DNA from: an uncultured Rhodobacteraceae bacterium
GTDB lineage: Bacteria > Pseudomonadota > Alphaproteobacteria > Rhodobacterales > Rhodobacteraceae
Direction: 5' to 3'
Length of the DNA: 64,000 nt
Assembly (NCBI GenBank): GCA_937995865.1
Contig: CALKJA010000011.1
Span: 4,635 to 68,634, forward strand
Shown: positions 40,749 through 49,920 of the stretch, piece by piece
Layout of the letters: every line of letters begins with the position of its first letter
Position numbering within the stretch: position 1 is the first letter of the stretch
Position numbers and translations under genes: made by a program
The notes under the pieces: generated by a model
What the model saw: only the letters and a program-made list of their open reading frames with translations
What the model was told of the DNA's origin: nothing
The model's database searches: none

Positions 40749-42053
40749 TTAGCCCAGAACAGAAAAGCTTGATGCGGTGTTGATCGGGCGTTTGCGCGAA
40801 TAGAAACCGGCATCAATGGTCACGTCCGTATACGGCAAGGTGAACTGCAGCGGCTTTGCATCGTGATCTTCGGAGTCTTCATAAGCAACAAGAGCGGCCA
40901 TCAGCTTGGCCGCAATCGGCGCGTTTTTGTATTGGTTTCCGGATGTACCACAGGCCATGAAAAAGCCGGGCAAGGACGATTTATCATAGATCGGGATCCA
41001 ATCCGTTGAAGCGTCATAAAGATCCACAACCCCGCGTGTTTTCGATGGAATTCCCAAAGACGGAACCCGCTGCGCAAACCGCATCGCTTGCGTTGTCCAT
41101 TGGTCCGAAAATTCGGCGTTGTAGTCCAAATCATCCTCTACCCAGTGATGCGTGTCACACTCCGGGTCTTCTGATCCGATAAGAATGTTATTGCCATGCT
41201 CGGGGCGGCAATAAAGCGCGATATCGCTGTCTGATACGATCATGCCATCGGTCTCGAAATCGAACCCCGCAGGTGCCGGCACATGGACCACTTCCTGCCG
41301 CAAGGGGCGCGTGGTGATCGTCATGTCTTGGGTCACGCCCGCCAGCGCGTTGATCGCGGATGAAGCAGGGCCCGCGATATTGATCACAACAGGTGCGGCA
41401 ATGGCGGTGCCATCGTCCAGCGTCACACCCGAACAGCGGCCGTTTTCTTGGGTGACCGCGATCACGCTCCGCCCAAGATGGGCGGTTGCCCCATGGCGGA
41501 AAGCGGCGTTTAACAGGTTTTGGGCAGACAGCGCCGGGTCTGTCACATAACCCGCGTTTGGCCAAAGTACGGCTCCCGACATCTCTCCGCCCGTTGGCTC
41601 TCCGAACCCCGGCTGATCCATGCGCTTTGCCGGTGCAAAGCGGTTAAGATCATACATCGGCAATGCGTCTTGGATCTGAGCGTTTGTCCATTCCTCAAAC
41701 GGGCAGCCCAGCTTGGCGGAGTTTTCCATATGTTCGGTCAAATGGCCGTTGGCTTCGGTCTTCATCACAAGACATCCGCAGGGTTTGAACTTGGCCAACA
41801 TCTCACTGTGCGGTGCCCCAAGATAAGACGCCCAGTCGCGCCAATAGTGATAACCCTCCCACGCAAAGGCAGTGCCGTCGAAGGTTGAATAATGCATCCG
41901 AATGATCGCGCAGGACCCTGCCGTGGAACCATGCCCAGCCTGTGAATTGCGGTCCACCACAACGACCGAGCGGCCCTGCTTTGCCAGTTCAAATGCGGTG
42001 GCCGCACCGATCACGCCCGCGCCGATGACAATGACGTCTGCTGTGGTGCTCAT
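40749..42053 (-). CDS. FAD-dependent oxidoreductase (DAO / sarcosine oxidase beta-like)
   Basis: IGAGVIG, GHGSTAGSCAIIR, YDASTDWIPIYD, GTSGNQYK. Confidence 0.85.
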   Translation of the reverse strand: MSTTADVIVIGAGVIGAATAFELAKQGRSVVVVDRNSQAGHGSTAGSCAIIRMHYSTFDGTAFAWEGYHYWRDWASYLGAPHSEMLAKFKPCGCLVMKTEANGHLTEHMENSAKLGCPFEEWTNAQIQDALPMYDLNRFAPAKRMDQPGFGEPTGGEMSGAVLWPNAGYVTDPALSAQNLLNAAFRHGATAHLGRSVIAVTQENGRCSGVTLDDGTAIAAPVVINIAGPASSAINALAGVTQDMTITTRPLRQEVVHVPAPAGFDFETDGMIVSDSDIALYCRPEHGNNILIGSEDPECDTHHWVEDDLDYNAEFSDQWTTQAMRFAQRVPSLGIPSKTRGVVDLYDASTDWIPIYDKSSLPGFFMACGTSGNQYKNAPIAAKLMAALVAYEDSEDHDAKPLQFTLPYTDVTIDAGFYSRKRPINTASSFSVLG

Positions 42054-42727
42054 AGTTCTGTTTCCTCCACAATGGCGCGCACATAGATGCCGAAATCCTC
42101 AACAACCTTTGGCAAAGGTGCGCGCCCGGTAAATGTCAAAAGATAGTTCGAAACATTGGCGAGCCGCGTTTCCCAAGGCTCGTTCAGCTCGGCGGCGTTG
42201 TATCCAAGCTGCATGTAATACAGAACGCGGGCGCGGATCACCGCTTCGGCCGGGTCATAATCAAAGCGCTCAAACATTGCGGCCAAAGCCGCGGTCACAT
42301 CGCGATCCGTGGCGCTTAGCTGTGCTTGAACACTTGGATCACGGCGCGCCCAATCCCGCACGGCAAAGTCCAGCGGAATGTCAAAAAGCGCCGGGTCCAC
42401 TACACATTTATGGATGTTACAGATCGCTTCGCAGATAGAACCAGCCGGCATCGCGGCCTGCGCGATCATCTGGCGCGGGTTTGTGTCAAACCACGTTTGC
42501 AAAAGCGCATTGGTCAGGTCTGAGCGGCTTTTGAAATACCAATAAAAAGAGGACCGTGAAACGCCCAGCCGCTCTGACAACAACAGAACTTTGACCTGCT
42601 TTTCACCCGCTTCGATCAGGACCTCGAGGGCGGCATTAAGCCAGTCTTGCCGCGTGACCTTGATATTGCCATTCAGCGGGATCTGATCCGGGTTGTCCCG
42701 GTGCAAAAGTCGCGTTGCGCGGGTCAT
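42050..42727 (-). CDS. TetR/AcrR family regulator
   Basis: LSERLGVSRSSFYWYFKSR HTH. Confidence 0.9.
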   Translation of the reverse strand: MTRATRLLHRDNPDQIPLNGNIKVTRQDWLNAALEVLIEAGEKQVKVLLLSERLGVSRSSFYWYFKSRSDLTNALLQTWFDTNPRQMIAQAAMPAGSICEAICNIHKCVVDPALFDIPLDFAVRDWARRDPSVQAQLSATDRDVTAALAAMFERFDYDPAEAVIRARVLYYMQLGYNAAELNEPWETRLANVSNYLLTFTGRAPLPKVVEDFGIYVRAIVEETEL

Positions 42728-44244
42728 GATATGGGCGGTGCTCCACCTTCTGCGGTGCGTTTGGCGACAAACGCGGTCAAAGCACCGTACCTATCGGGAT
42801 CAATCGCCGGGCCGGGGTGTTCAAGGATTGACTGCCATTTGTCCGTGGCGCGGGTATGGGCATCCAGCGCACCGTTTTCCGTCCATTGCCCGAAATTGGA
42901 CCAATCTGCATTTAGGGGTTCATAGAATTCAGATGTGTAGCGGGCCATCGTTTGAGTCGTGGCAAAGAAATGCCCCTGCGGTGCGACCTCAGCGATCGCA
43001 TCAAAGCCCATCGCATCCGTGGTGGCTTCCGTTGGCGTGCACAGGTCGGCAATCATATTGACGACCTCCATATCGCAGATCAACTTTTCATAACTGACGG
43101 TCAAACCGCCCTCAAGCCAGCCAGCTGCATGCACGATCGTTGTTGCTCCGGCCATCAGACAACCCCAAAGACCCATTTGGGTTTCATTGGCGGCCTGCGC
43201 GTCATTTATATTGGCCGCCGATCCGGTGGCCGAGCGCCAAGGCAGCCCGATAAGGCGCGCCATTTGCCCGGCCAAAAGCGAGGCGCGGAAGTGCTCGGGC
43301 GTGCCAAAGGCCGGTGCGCCGCTTTTCATGTCAACGTTCGAGGTGAATGTCCCATACATCATGGGTGCACCGTGGCGTGTGAGTTGGCCGAGCGTAATCG
43401 CGGCCAATGCCTCGGCATGGGACAGCGCGATTGCACCTGCGACTGTGATTGGTGCCATCGCCCCCATGAGCGTGAAGGGCGTGATGATCGCTATTTGCCC
43501 GGCACGCGCGAAATCAATCACCCCTTGCGCCATTGGGATGTCTAACGTGCGGGGGCTGTTGGTATTGATGATGGTGTAGCAATGTGGCGTTGCGGCAAAA
43601 TCGGCCTCTGAGATACCACGATACAGGCGCATCATCTCAAACGCATCTTCAACCTGCGGGGTGCCGCGTGAGTAGATGAAAAATGGCTTGTCAGATTGGG
43701 TCAGCGCGGTTCCGACCATATCATAGTGGCGCAGATGTACAGGGATGTCCTGCGGTTCGATCAAGGTTGGCACAAGGTGCAGGGCATCGAAATGCTGGGT
43801 CAGTTTCACCAGCTCGCGGAAGTCTTGCGATGTGCCCGGCCTGCGGCCCTTTACCCGGCATGTGGCGTGGGGTGATCCGGCCCCGGGTTGAAACGTCAGC
43901 GTTCCAAGCTCCATCTGCAAATCGCGATGCGGTGCTGCGCCTTTGAGAGCGAAGGATTTCGGCGCAGAGGCCAATGCGGCTTTAACGAGGTCACGTCCTA
44001 GAAAGACGATATCGTCTTTGACCCGGGCCCCGGCCGCTGCAAAAATCTTGCGCGCTTCGGGAAGTAAAACGCGCGTGCCAAGCTCCTCCAAGATCCGCAG
44101 CGACGTGGCGTGGACGTCATGGGCCTCATCGTCTGACACGGCATTCATGGGCGGGAACGGATTGCGCAGCTGGCGCGCATTTACATTGCGCCCTTGCGGG
44201 TCAGCTGACGCATTGCGCCGGCGGCGTCTGGGTTTGCCGCTCAT
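42724..44244 (-). CDS. MttB-family methyltransferase, non-pyrrolysine
   Basis: NTNSPRTLD, TPFTLMGAMAPIT, TSNVDMKSGAPAFGTPE, HAAGWLEGGL; no in-frame stop. Confidence 0.9.
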   Translation of the reverse strand: MSGKPRRRRRNASADPQGRNVNARQLRNPFPPMNAVSDDEAHDVHATSLRILEELGTRVLLPEARKIFAAAGARVKDDIVFLGRDLVKAALASAPKSFALKGAAPHRDLQMELGTLTFQPGAGSPHATCRVKGRRPGTSQDFRELVKLTQHFDALHLVPTLIEPQDIPVHLRHYDMVGTALTQSDKPFFIYSRGTPQVEDAFEMMRLYRGISEADFAATPHCYTIINTNSPRTLDIPMAQGVIDFARAGQIAIITPFTLMGAMAPITVAGAIALSHAEALAAITLGQLTRHGAPMMYGTFTSNVDMKSGAPAFGTPEHFRASLLAGQMARLIGLPWRSATGSAANINDAQAANETQMGLWGCLMAGATTIVHAAGWLEGGLTVSYEKLICDMEVVNMIADLCTPTEATTDAMGFDAIAEVAPQGHFFATTQTMARYTSEFYEPLNADWSNFGQWTENGALDAHTRATDKWQSILEHPGPAIDPDRYGALTAFVAKRTAEGGAPPIS

Positions 44245-44280
44245 GCTTGGCCTGCAGGTTGGGGGCTGTGCGTCACTGGA

Positions 44281-46677
44281 TCAACCGCGCATCGCTTGAC
44301 CCGAAGGATCATACGGCGACGGAGCAAGCACCTTGGCCGCGCGTTCGATCCCAACGATATGCACGCTCAGCTCCGTGCCCGGCTTGGCATAGGCGGGGTC
44401 AACCATTGCCATTGCAATCGATTGTCCAACGCTGTGGCCATACGCGCCCGAGGTCGTGAACCCGATCCGGGTGCCATTTGCCCACACCGGCTCGTACCCC
44501 GATGCATCTGCAATCGGGCTGTCTAATCCCAGCGTGACAAGCACCTTAGATGGCCCGGTATCACGCTCTTTCATCGCGGCTTCGCGTCCGTTAAATTCTG
44601 GCTTTTGCCAATCAATCCAACGGTCCATCCCGGTCATTGCGGCGGTGCGATCTTGCGTGAATTCAGCAGACCAAATACCATAGGATTTCTCAATACGCAG
44701 TGAAAGAAGCGCGTTAAAGCCAACCTCTTTGAGCCCATGATCGGCCCCGGCTTCAAGCAGCATCCGCCGCAACGCGATATGTTCACCGGCTTTGCAGTGA
44801 ATCTCATACCCATGTTCGCCAGTCACTGAGAGACGGCCCACCTTGCACCGTAGCAAGCCCAGATCAAAAGTGCCGCAGCCCATGAACGGCAGAGATAGAT
44901 CAGGCTGAAGGGAGTGCAATAGCGCCTTGGCATTTGGGCCTGAGACGCTGAACCCACAAATATCATCGGAAACATCGCGGATCATGACACCGGGCCCTTC
45001 GTTGTCATGGAACCACCGTTTGTGCCATTGCCGCAGATAATAGGAGCCCATGATCCACCATGTTCCATCGCCCCAATTGAAGAGCGTAAGATCACCTTTC
45101 AGCTTACCTTCGGGAGACAGCATAACCGCAAGCCGCGCGCGACCGGGTTTTGGCAGTTTGGTGGCAAAGATCCGCTCTAACCACGCTTCGGCACCGGGGC
45201 CATAGAGTTCGAACCGGGAGAACCCGGTGATATCCAGCAAACCTGCGGCCTCGCGGACGGCTTTGCATTCAGCCTCGACAAATGGCGTGGCGTCGGTTCG
45301 GTTAAGCGATGGGGTTTCTTCAAACTCCGACGGGGCAAAGTATAGCGGCACCTCCAGGCCCCAAGAGCACCCCCAACGCGCGCCGGCTTCGGTCATTTCA
45401 GAATAGGCAGGCGCCATACGCAGCGGGCGGCCTGCGGGCAATTGCTCGTTCGGGTAAGACATCACAAAGCGGCGCGAATAGAATTGGCCGGTGGTCTGTT
45501 TGATGTAGTCCTTGTTGGAGTGCTGCGGCCCATAGCGTGCGATATCCATCGACCATGCATCCGTTTCGGTATCGCCGTGGATCATCCATTCGGCAAGAGT
45601 TTTGCCAACGCCGCCGCCTTGGAGGAAACCGGCCATGACGCCACAGGCCAACCAATAATTCGGCACGCTTTCAACAGGGCCAACAAGAGGGTTGCCATCG
45701 GGGGAGAACGTGAATGCTCCGTTGACCCAATTCTCAATCCCTACATCGTTCAAGCAGGGGTAGCGGTCAAAGGCCATCATCAGCTCGCGTTCGATCCGGT
45801 CTGGTTCTTCCTGCAAGAGCTCAATACCGTAATTCCACGGCGCACCGTCCATCATCCAATGCTTATGGTCTGTCTCGTAAATACCCAGAAGGATGCCCTT
45901 TTTATCCTGCCGGACATAGGTAAACCCCTCAAGATCCACCATCATCGGGATTTCAAAATCCATTTCTGCGATTTGCGGGATTGTTTCGGTCAGAAAGTAG
46001 TGATGCGCCAACGGTGAGACGGGCAGATCAAGCCCAACCATCTTGCCGCATTGCTTGGCCCAGAGCCCGCCTGCATTAACGACATGCTCTGCCGTGATCG
46101 TGCCCTTTTCGGTCACGACCTCCCATTCATGGCCCTTCCAATTCAGCTCAAGCACACGGTTGTGCTCAATGATATCAGCGCCCCGGTTTTTGGCAGCGCG
46201 GGCATAGGCGTGAACGGTGCCCGTGGTATCAACATACCCCTCACGATCCGCCCAAAGCCCACCGATGATGCCGTCTGTGCTCATGATCGGGCATTTCGCC
46301 TTGATCTCGTCAGGTGTCATCAAGTGGCAGTCTTCGATACCGATGGTCTGAAATGTCCGATAGGCCGATTGCAACCATTCCCATCGCTCAGGAGCAGAAG
46401 CAACTGAGATCCCGCCGGTCATATGGAGGCCAATATCGATGCCGGATTCTCTTTCGACCTCTTCCAAGAGATCGATTGTATAGGCCTGGAGCGCAGCCAT
46501 ATTGGGATCCGCGTTCAGCGCATGGATCCCGCCAGCCGCATGCCATGAAGAGCCTGCGGTTAGGACATTGCGTTCGATGATTGCAACGTCAGTCCAACCG
46601 AATTTAGTGAGATGGTAGGCGACGGAAGATCCAACAACCCCGCCGCCAATCACGACGGCCCGATAATGCGATTTCAT
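44281..46677 (-). CDS. GcvT family protein, dimethylglycine/sarcosine dehydrogenase-like
   Basis: GGGVVG, LTAGSSWHAAG, NAGGLWA, FTFSPDGNPLVG, folate domain TGEHGYE, SLRIEK, TSGAYGH. Confidence 0.9.
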   Translation of the reverse strand: MKSHYRAVVIGGGVVGSSVAYHLTKFGWTDVAIIERNVLTAGSSWHAAGGIHALNADPNMAALQAYTIDLLEEVERESGIDIGLHMTGGISVASAPERWEWLQSAYRTFQTIGIEDCHLMTPDEIKAKCPIMSTDGIIGGLWADREGYVDTTGTVHAYARAAKNRGADIIEHNRVLELNWKGHEWEVVTEKGTITAEHVVNAGGLWAKQCGKMVGLDLPVSPLAHHYFLTETIPQIAEMDFEIPMMVDLEGFTYVRQDKKGILLGIYETDHKHWMMDGAPWNYGIELLQEEPDRIERELMMAFDRYPCLNDVGIENWVNGAFTFSPDGNPLVGPVESVPNYWLACGVMAGFLQGGGVGKTLAEWMIHGDTETDAWSMDIARYGPQHSNKDYIKQTTGQFYSRRFVMSYPNEQLPAGRPLRMAPAYSEMTEAGARWGCSWGLEVPLYFAPSEFEETPSLNRTDATPFVEAECKAVREAAGLLDITGFSRFELYGPGAEAWLERIFATKLPKPGRARLAVMLSPEGKLKGDLTLFNWGDGTWWIMGSYYLRQWHKRWFHDNEGPGVMIRDVSDDICGFSVSGPNAKALLHSLQPDLSLPFMGCGTFDLGLLRCKVGRLSVTGEHGYEIHCKAGEHIALRRMLLEAGADHGLKEVGFNALLSLRIEKSYGIWSAEFTQDRTAAMTGMDRWIDWQKPEFNGREAAMKERDTGPSKVLVTLGLDSPIADASGYEPVWANGTRIGFTTSGAYGHSVGQSIAMAMVDPAYAKPGTELSVHIVGIERAAKVLAPSPYDPSGQAMRG

Positions 46678-46765
46678 GACAGTCTCCCCGCAGAGCTTTG
46701 TTTGCTTTGCGAGGAGGGTAAGGTCGTGGCTTTCTTGATTCTAGACAGAACTGTCCAGAGGTCAG

Positions 46766-47797
46766 TCAGTTTGCGACACAGCCTTCAAATGCCGTGGCCA
46801 ATGCGCCAAGAATTTCGGCATAGCTTTGATCGGGGCGGCCGTCTGGACGGGCCATTACGATGGTTATGTCGATGTCCGCTTCCAAAGCTTCGATCATTGC
46901 CTGTGGCGTTTCAGCGTCTACGATCAGGCAGGGCGAAGCTGTTTCTGCGATCAAAGCACGGACATCGCGCATCGTAGCGGCACCGGGCGTTTGAGCATCC
47001 GTCGCAGCGAAAGGTGTGAAGTCGGGAAGCCCAAGTTCTGCGAAATAACCATAGGCATCATGATAGGCAAAAAGCCCTTCGGGAAGCGCTGCAAAGCGGG
47101 CGCTGAGTGATGCTTCGAGAGGTTCGATAGTCTCGACAAAAGCAGCGGCATTGCTGGCAAATGCGGCGGCATGCTCGGGGGCGATTTCACCAAGCTGTTC
47201 GGCAATCGCAAGCGCCCAAACAGCTGCGTTTTCTGGGGCGAGCCAAGCATGCGGGTCTACGGAACCATGTTCGTCGTGGCCGTGTTCGTCATGGTCATCA
47301 TGATCTTCTTCCTTGTGGCCATCTTCATCGTGGCCATGCTCTTCGTGCTCTTCGTGCTCTTCGTGCTCTTCGTGCTCTTCGTGCTCTTCGTGCTCTTCGT
47401 GCTCTTCGTGCTCTTCGTCATGGGCGTCATGATGCTCATCGCCATGGCCCCCATGATCATGGGCATCTTCTCCGGCGTCAATCAGGTGAATACCTGCGAT
47501 ACCCAAAAGTTCGAGCGTCGGTGCTGTGCGGCCTTCCGATGCTTTTTCAAGCCAAGGTGTCAAAGCCTCGCCCATCCAAAAAAGAGCGTCCGCATTTTGA
47601 ATGCTGCGCGCCTGCGATGGCTTGAGCGCCATGTCATGAACGGTCCCAGCGCCGGTAACTAAAACTTCGGCCGTTCCCAGATCACCCAGCACCTCAGATA
47701 CGATTGACTGAGTTGCGGGGATGTCTGTTACAACCTTTAGGCCTTCAGCATAGAGCGGTGCTGCTGTTAAGAGCAGGGGGGCAAGCATATAACGCAT
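46766..47797 (-). CDS. znuA: Zinc ABC transporter substrate-binding protein
   Basis: Signal peptide, VHDMALKPS, His/Glu-rich loop, DPHAWL, HDAYGYF; divergent from zur-znuCB. Confidence 0.9.
   Translation of the reverse strand: MRYMLAPLLLTAAPLYAEGLKVVTDIPATQSIVSEVLGDLGTAEVLVTGAGTVHDMALKPSQARSIQNADALFWMGEALTPWLEKASEGRTAPTLELLGIAGIHLIDAGEDAHDHGGHGDEHHDAHDEEHEEHEEHEEHEEHEEHEEHEEHEEHGHDEDGHKEEDHDDHDEHGHDEHGSVDPHAWLAPENAAVWALAIAEQLGEIAPEHAAAFASNAAAFVETIEPLEASLSARFAALPEGLFAYHDAYGYFAELGLPDFTPFAATDAQTPGAATMRDVRALIAETASPCLIVDAETPQAMIEALEADIDITIVMARPDGRPDQSYAEILGALATAFEGCVAN
47337..47417. repeat. Perfect 9-bp tandem repeat (TGCTCTTCG)x9 encoding (EEH)x9 in ZnuA
   Basis: Nine identical units counted directly. 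Confidence 0.95.
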
Positions 47798-47847
47798 GGG
47801 AATCCTTAGCCAAATGTAGGGATATTTCTTTCGGCAGGGTTGTTAGG

Positions 47848-47862
47848 TGATATATTATAACA
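47848..47862. promoter_or_regulatory. Zur box TGATATATTATAACA
   Basis: 7-1-7 palindrome, one mismatch from TGTTATAnTATAACA, between znuA and zur. Confidence 0.8.
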
Positions 47863-47892
47863 TAGCAAGCGCGGAAATGACGGAGACGCGAG

Positions 47893-48369
47893 ATGCCACA
47901 CGGATTTTCCAGACACGATCACACGGCTTGTATCTCAACCGCCCTCGCTCGAGCTGAGGCGGCTTGCGATGCCTCTGGGGCCCAATTCACACCGGCACGG
48001 CGACGCACACTTGAGATCCTACTTGAAGAACACCGCGCGCTGGGCGCCTACGAGGTGTTGGACAGGCTCCGGGTTGAAGGGCTGGGCTCGCAACCGCCCG
48101 TCGCCTACCGCGCTCTGGATTTCCTTGTGAAACAAGGGCTTGCGCATCGCATTGAGCGGCTCAATGCCTTTGTGGCCTGCACGCATGGCACGGGCGACCA
48201 CGTGCCTGCATTCTTCATTTGCGATACATGTGAGGCGGTCGCGGAATCCGTGCTGGACCCAACGCTGGGGGCCTTGGCCAGCAATGCGCAAGAGGCGAAT
48301 TTCTCAATTTCTCAGGTGGTTGTTGAGGCGCGCGGCACCTGCGGCACTTGCCAAAGTACGCAAGCATGA
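47893..48369 (+). CDS. zur: Zinc uptake regulator
   Basis: Fur fold: FTPARRRTLE, AYRALDFL, HRIE, CDTC and CGTC motifs. Confidence 0.92.
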   Translation: MPHGFSRHDHTACISTALARAEAACDASGAQFTPARRRTLEILLEEHRALGAYEVLDRLRVEGLGSQPPVAYRALDFLVKQGLAHRIERLNAFVACTHGTGDHVPAFFICDTCEAVAESVLDPTLGALASNAQEANFSISQVVVEARGTCGTCQSTQA

Positions 48370-49127
48370 GCGCACTCATAAGCATTGATGGGCTGCGCAT
48401 GACCTATGGGCGCGATGTTGTGCTTAGCGGAGTCAATCTGAAGGTGCAGCCCGCTGAGATCCTGACCATTGTTGGCCCCAACGGATCCGGAAAATCAACC
48501 TTGCTGCGCGCGATTGTAGGTGCTGAGAAACCCAAAGCTGGCCGGATCGAACGAAGCCCGGAGCTGCGCATTGGCTATGTGCCGCAAAAGATGGCTGTGG
48601 ATACGCGCCTTCCGCTGAGTGTGCTGCGGTTCTTAAGGTTACCAAACCATAGCAGTTCTGCGGCTGTCGCTGCACTTAAGCAAGTCGGCGCGGAGGCAAT
48701 GGTCAAGCGGGCCTTAGCGGATCTTTCGGGCGGTCAATTGCAACGCGTGATGCTTGCGCGCGCGCTGCTGGGTGCGCCAAACCTGCTTCTTTTAGATGAG
48801 CCAACACAGGGGCTTGATCAACCGGGGTCTGCCGCGCTTTATAAGCTTATTGAAGGGCTTAGAGACGATCTGGGCTGTGCAATTATGATGGTAAGCCATG
48901 AGCTTCATGTGGTGATGAGCGCATCGGATCGGGTCATTTGTCTGAACGGGCATGTATGCTGTGAGGGGCATCCGGATGTGGTGGCCTCGGCCCCGGAATA
49001 CCGGGCTTTGTTCGGTAGCGGCACGGGCGGTGCGTTGGCGCTTTATCGCCATGAGCACACACATCACCACCACGACCATGATGGCGACGACCATGACCAT
49101 GTCCACGGGCACACCCATGCTGAATGA
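48366..49127 (+). CDS. znuC: Zinc ABC transporter ATP-binding protein
   Basis: GPNGSGKST, GYVPQ, LSGGQLQR, LDEPTQGLD, HVCCEGHP; His-rich tail. Confidence 0.93.
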   Translation: MSALISIDGLRMTYGRDVVLSGVNLKVQPAEILTIVGPNGSGKSTLLRAIVGAEKPKAGRIERSPELRIGYVPQKMAVDTRLPLSVLRFLRLPNHSSSAAVAALKQVGAEAMVKRALADLSGGQLQRVMLARALLGAPNLLLLDEPTQGLDQPGSAALYKLIEGLRDDLGCAIMMVSHELHVVMSASDRVICLNGHVCCEGHPDVVASAPEYRALFGSGTGGALALYRHEHTHHHHDHDGDDHDHVHGHTHAE

Positions 49128-49920
49128 TTTTCTTGTTCGGGCTGCGTTGGCAGCCGTCGGTGTGGCGGCGGCTGCGGCCCCGCTTGGATGCTTCGTGATC
49201 TGGCGTCGCATGGCGTATTTTAGCGATGCAACGGCCCATGCTGCTTTGCTGGGTGTAGCGATTGCACTCACCCTCCAAGCTCCTATTTTTCCAACCGTTT
49301 TAGTCGTTTCGCTGGCGGCTGCGGTGATTGTTACACAGATTGCAGGGCGCGAAATGGCATCTGACACAGCGCTTGGTGTGATCGCGCATGGGGCGCTTGC
49401 TCTGGGCTTGGTCGCTGTGTCTTTGGTGGACGTTCGGATCGATGTGGATGCTTTTCTTTTTGGGGATGTGCTGGCCGTCACCCGCGGCGATTTGGGGGTG
49501 ATCTGGCTGGGGGCTTTTGCCGTGGTTTCCCTGGTTGTCTGGCGGTGGTCTGCTTGGCTTTTGGTGGTGCTCAGCCCTGATCTGGCCCGTGCGCAAGGGC
49601 TTGATCCCAAACGAGAAGAGCTGATCCTGACATTGGCTTTGGCGATTGTTGTGGCGGTTGCAATTCAGGTGGTTGGCGCGCTTTTGATCGCGTCCCTTTT
49701 GATCATCCCGGCGGCAGCGGCGCGGCCTTGGGCAAAAAGCCCGGAATGGATGGCAACGATAGCTGGCGGCATCGGTATTGCGTCAGCTTTGGGCGGGCTG
49801 CAAGTCGCGCTTTGGGCGGATACGCCAGCGGGCCCAAGCATTGTCGTTGTTGCTGTTTTTATCTTTACGATCAGCACGTTGGCCGCCACTTTGCGCTATG
49901 GCTGGGGAGGTTCATCATAA
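49117..49920 (+). CDS. znuB: Zinc ABC transporter permease
   Basis: GCFVIWRRMAYFSDATAHAALLG, FLFGDVL, VGALLIASLLIIPAA, TPAGPSIV. Confidence 0.93.
   Translation: MLNDFLVRAALAAVGVAAAAAPLGCFVIWRRMAYFSDATAHAALLGVAIALTLQAPIFPTVLVVSLAAAVIVTQIAGREMASDTALGVIAHGALALGLVAVSLVDVRIDVDAFLFGDVLAVTRGDLGVIWLGAFAVVSLVVWRWSAWLLVVLSPDLARAQGLDPKREELILTLALAIVVAVAIQVVGALLIASLLIIPAAAARPWAKSPEWMATIAGGIGIASALGGLQVALWADTPAGPSIVVVAVFIFTISTLAATLRYGWGGSS

Noticed and set aside
42724-44244. Pyrrolysine recoding in MttB
   Set aside because: ORF is uninterrupted and no pyl genes are present.
47337-47417. Tandem repeat as a CRISPR array
   Set aside because: 9-bp units without spacers, in frame within znuA; no cas genes.
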